64,000 bases of DNA from positions 64,001 through 128,000 of the forward strand of contig CBDBKM010000008.1 in NCBI GenBank assembly GCA_965206695.1, read 5' to 3'. Position numbers and translations under genes: made by a program. Position 1 is the first letter of the stretch, and each line of letters opens with the position of its first letter. This DNA is from Chlamydiales bacterium. GTDB lineage: Bacteria > Chlamydiota > Chlamydiia > Chlamydiales > JAAZZY01. Of this stretch, positions 61,141 through 64,000 are shown piece by piece. The notes under the pieces are model-generated. The model saw nothing but the letters and a program-made list of their open reading frames with translations. It did no database searches and was not told the DNA's origin.

Positions 61141-63339
61141 TTACGCTGAAGTTGCTGCTTGTGATTCTGCTTGAGCCACTGCTGACAGTTTCTGTAACCA
61201 AGATCCGTATAGTGCCGAGTCGTTCGATAAATTCGTTGAAGAAACACTAGATCCTGAATTGTAAACTTGTCCTGATGCCTGATCAGTTTGCTTCAAGCCT
61301 TCTTGTTCACCTTCATCTACTTTATAAGCAGCTGAAATACATCCGGTTACTCCCATACTCAACATGTTAAAACTTTGACCTAATTGGCCCATGCGATCTC
61401 TGAATTGTCTAGCTTCATCCGTTGCTACTCTTCCCTTTGTTCGTTTTTCGTTTAGGTTAGCTCGATTATCGGGATGTAAATATTTTTCAGCCACATAACT
61501 TCCGGGATCATTATTAACTTGATCCTGAATAGGATCGCCTTGTTGAATCCTTTTTGCACTTCCAACCACTTTATTCCGAATATTTTCAGGTAATTCTTGA
61601 AGTGCTTCGGATCTTTCCGGAGCCGGCTCCACTCTATCTTTAAATTGACCACTATCGTCATCTTTAAAGGCACTAGGAGCACCTCGCCTTACGCCGGCTT
61701 GATCTATATAGCCCCTGGCAACAGCAGGCTCTTGTAAAGTTTCTATATTTGCACGTCCTTTCGGAGTATTCTCATTGAATACCTCTGCATTTGCTTTCTT
61801 TCTAATCTCCATCTCTTGACGCTCTTTGGCAAAGGCTTGTCTAGAACCCTTAGTTCGTGTTCTAAGAGTAAATGTCGATTCATCACGCTGAACTTCAACC
61901 AGCTTACCTTCGTCTCTTAGTCTCTCACGCTCTCTTTTTTTTGCCGCCTTAACTTTATTCTGTAAATCATCAACCTTGGCTTTGGCATCACTAACAAAAT
62001 CGGTTCGCTGTTCTACTTTTCTTAGGGATACGGTTTCCGAACTGTTATAATCTTTAACTCGCCCTTCTTCCTCCGGGGTAATCATTCGATCACCGCTATA
62101 AATCCTTGCTTGAAGATCCTCAATCTCTGTCTGTTCTTTAAATCGTGCTTGTTTCGTGTTCTCTCTTTTCCATTCATCGAGTTGCTTTGTCTCAGTTTCA
62201 GTAATCGTATTATTTGTTTTCTTATCTTCTAATTGCTGAATCTCTTTATCTCGTTGCGCTTGCTCTTCCGGAGGCATTGGAGCGCCACCTTCAAGATCTT
62301 GAGGTGCAATCCGACCGTTCGCTGCTCCTCCACCTTCCATTACTGCTTCTGCCGCCGGTGTCTCAGCGATAGTACGATCCATTTCTGATAATTCATTACC
62401 ATCATTAAGGTATGTTTTTTCCTGGTCATCGATTCGACCCTGCATGGCTGCAGAAGCAATCGTAAAACTTCCGCCAATGATTTGGCCTGCTGCTGAAGCA
62501 TACATACCGTTTGACTGTATCTGTGAGAGTTCGATAGCAGCTGAAGCATAATCTTGCGCTACTACCCACGATCCTTTTAATAAAACAATTAATGTATCAA
62601 CAGCCATTGAAACCAATTTCATAACTAAAATAAGCATTTCGGGTCCCATACTAACACCCAAAGAACTGACTAATGAGGCCGTCCAAGAATCCGGTATTTG
62701 AGCACTACTGCCTGAGCCGGACGCACTGCCGTCTTCATAAGCGGAATTTACGCCACCGGTTTCCGATGAACCTGCAGAAGCCGGGCTAGTATTCCCTAAT
62801 AATATTTGTAATTTTATTCTTCCTGTAGATGGATCCTTTTGCATCAAATGTGATAAAATTTGAGCTTGATCCGTATTCTGTACAGTTTGCTTTAAAACTG
62901 CTTCAACTGCTTTTGGGTCATCTGATGTACGAAGAAGTTTTAAACTTGCTTCCATTAAACTATGAACTGTTCTCTCAATCAATGTTTTTCCTGAGCTGTC
63001 TTTTTGAAGTAAGGCTTTTAAAGCCTTTAGTTGCTCTTGAGTGAGGTGGCTATTTTTTTCATTTAATAGATAATTGAAAACGCTTTTTACAGCATTTGAA
63101 ATAGCTCCTTCATATTCTTGAAAAGCTTGAGGATCAAATTTAATAGCAGATAATTCTTGTTTTGTGAGTGTTTTTGCATCAGCCACTCTGCGTGTCCGGC
63201 CCGAATAAGTATGACTCGTTTCAGTTGTCGTGTCCTTTTTACCGGTAGAAGTAGTCTCGTCCGATTTTAAAGCTTCTAGTGAAGTAACTAGATGCCCCTT
63301 CACTTGACTGAGTTGTTGTGGTGTTAATTGTCCTGACAT
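61141..63339 (-). CDS. Putative T3SS translocator-like or secreted protein
   Basis: Ser/Thr-rich N-terminus, hydrophobic and Ala/Gly/Ser amphipathic helices, a large charged central region and a Q/S/A-rich C-terminus. Confidence 0.55.
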   Translation of the reverse strand: MSGQLTPQQLSQVKGHLVTSLEALKSDETTSTGKKDTTTETSHTYSGRTRRVADAKTLTKQELSAIKFDPQAFQEYEGAISNAVKSVFNYLLNEKNSHLTQEQLKALKALLQKDSSGKTLIERTVHSLMEASLKLLRTSDDPKAVEAVLKQTVQNTDQAQILSHLMQKDPSTGRIKLQILLGNTSPASAGSSETGGVNSAYEDGSASGSGSSAQIPDSWTASLVSSLGVSMGPEMLILVMKLVSMAVDTLIVLLKGSWVVAQDYASAAIELSQIQSNGMYASAAGQIIGGSFTIASAAMQGRIDDQEKTYLNDGNELSEMDRTIAETPAAEAVMEGGGAANGRIAPQDLEGGAPMPPEEQAQRDKEIQQLEDKKTNNTITETETKQLDEWKRENTKQARFKEQTEIEDLQARIYSGDRMITPEEEGRVKDYNSSETVSLRKVEQRTDFVSDAKAKVDDLQNKVKAAKKRERERLRDEGKLVEVQRDESTFTLRTRTKGSRQAFAKERQEMEIRKKANAEVFNENTPKGRANIETLQEPAVARGYIDQAGVRRGAPSAFKDDDSGQFKDRVEPAPERSEALQELPENIRNKVVGSAKRIQQGDPIQDQVNNDPGSYVAEKYLHPDNRANLNEKRTKGRVATDEARQFRDRMGQLGQSFNMLSMGVTGCISAAYKVDEGEQEGLKQTDQASGQVYNSGSSVSSTNLSNDSALYGSWLQKLSAVAQAESQAATSA

Positions 63340-63411
63340 ATGGTGATGTCTCCCTATCTTTTAATATGAGGCGAAAGCTTAATTAGCTTGCGCTCTCAGT
63401 GTTATAGTTTA

Positions 63412-64000
63412 TTATCGAATAAGTAAATTAATCGCTCTCATTTGCGCTGCTATCGCTGCCGCCACTTTTTGTCCTTCATCTCCCAATGCTTCCATTTCTT
63501 TCCGGTATTGACCTTCCATAACTTTTGTGAAGCTCTGCGAAATTGCTTGCGATGCTTTAATTTCTTCTATACTTGCTTCGATTTTAGCAATCTCCGTCTG
63601 AATGTCAGCTATTTGTACTTGGATAATACCCGACGTTATTTGTGCCGCTCCTTGTACCCCTTGACTGACAGCTAAAGAAGCGTATAAACCACCTCTGACC
63701 AATGGGCTATCAATCTTATCAAGTATTGAAAGTCTCCTTCCTGCAGTTTTCGCCGCTTTTCCTGTTGCTTCAGTTTCGACTAGCGCAGCGTGTTCGGCTT
63801 CTGCTTTTTTTATCGCCTTAAGATTCTTTCTTGCTGCATTTTGTGCATCTATTTCCGCATCGAAGTTAGTCATATTTTTTACATTGGAACCATCCGGTCC
63901 GGTGCCTTCTCCTCCATCGCCTTGTTCATCCGCATTTTCACTTCCGGAACGGCTTGCATTTCGGGAAACATCTGCACCGTTTTCTATTACCTCAGCTAAT
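63412..64000 (-). CDS. Putative T3SS translocator-like protein, 5'-truncated by the window edge
   Basis: Frame is open to the window end (LAEVIENGADVSRN...); C-terminal AVSQGVQGAAQITSGIIQVQIA plus coiled coil. Confidence 0.55.
   Translation of the reverse strand, partial: LAEVIENGADVSRNASRSGSENADEQGDGGEGTGPDGSNVKNMTNFDAEIDAQNAARKNLKAIKKAEAEHAALVETEATGKAAKTAGRRLSILDKIDSPLVRGGLYASLAVSQGVQGAAQITSGIIQVQIADIQTEIAKIEASIEEIKASQAISQSFTKVMEGQYRKEMEALGDEGQKVAAAIAAQMRAINLLIR

Overview
AT-rich genomic window from a member of the phylum Chlamydiae, most likely a host-associated environmental lineage. The assignment rests on gene content: the nrdR-dksA-lspA order, a complete chaperone-cdsD-E-F-G-CT668-like-cdsN-O-P-Q-pkn5-cdsC type III secretion cluster, a large NAD-glutamate dehydrogenase, smc and a SWIM/SNF2 helicase. 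Housekeeping blocks (1-17.3 kb, smc, der) are interleaved with IS-rich accessory regions at 17.4-20.5, 24.3-36.1, 51-52 and 57.5-61.1 kb. These hold four near-identical IS630 copies, an intact IS1634, and IS1, IS3, IS5, IS701, ISNCY-like and TnpB remnants. Most notable observations: (1) the flanks of two inverted IS630 copies rejoin into an overlapping lipase-like toxin/partner gene pair, implying that the ~26 kb segment carrying the T3SS cluster has been inverted; (2) a candidate nuclear effector combining an SV40-type NLS, NUMOD3-like repeats and a SET domain; (3) a UvrA whose insertion domain is replaced in frame by a TA-flanked 36-bp palindrome; (4) TnpB right-end/omegaRNA-like scaffolds, one without a nuclease gene but with a promoter-like sequence; (5) a HipA-type module that has lost the 5' part of its kinase but keeps a consensus promoter with twin operators; (6) a perfect 5 x 26-bp tandem repeat at the cdsQ stop codon; (7) a motif shared upstream of three orphan effector-like genes. 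All calls come from reading the sequence and ORF track; no database searches were run.
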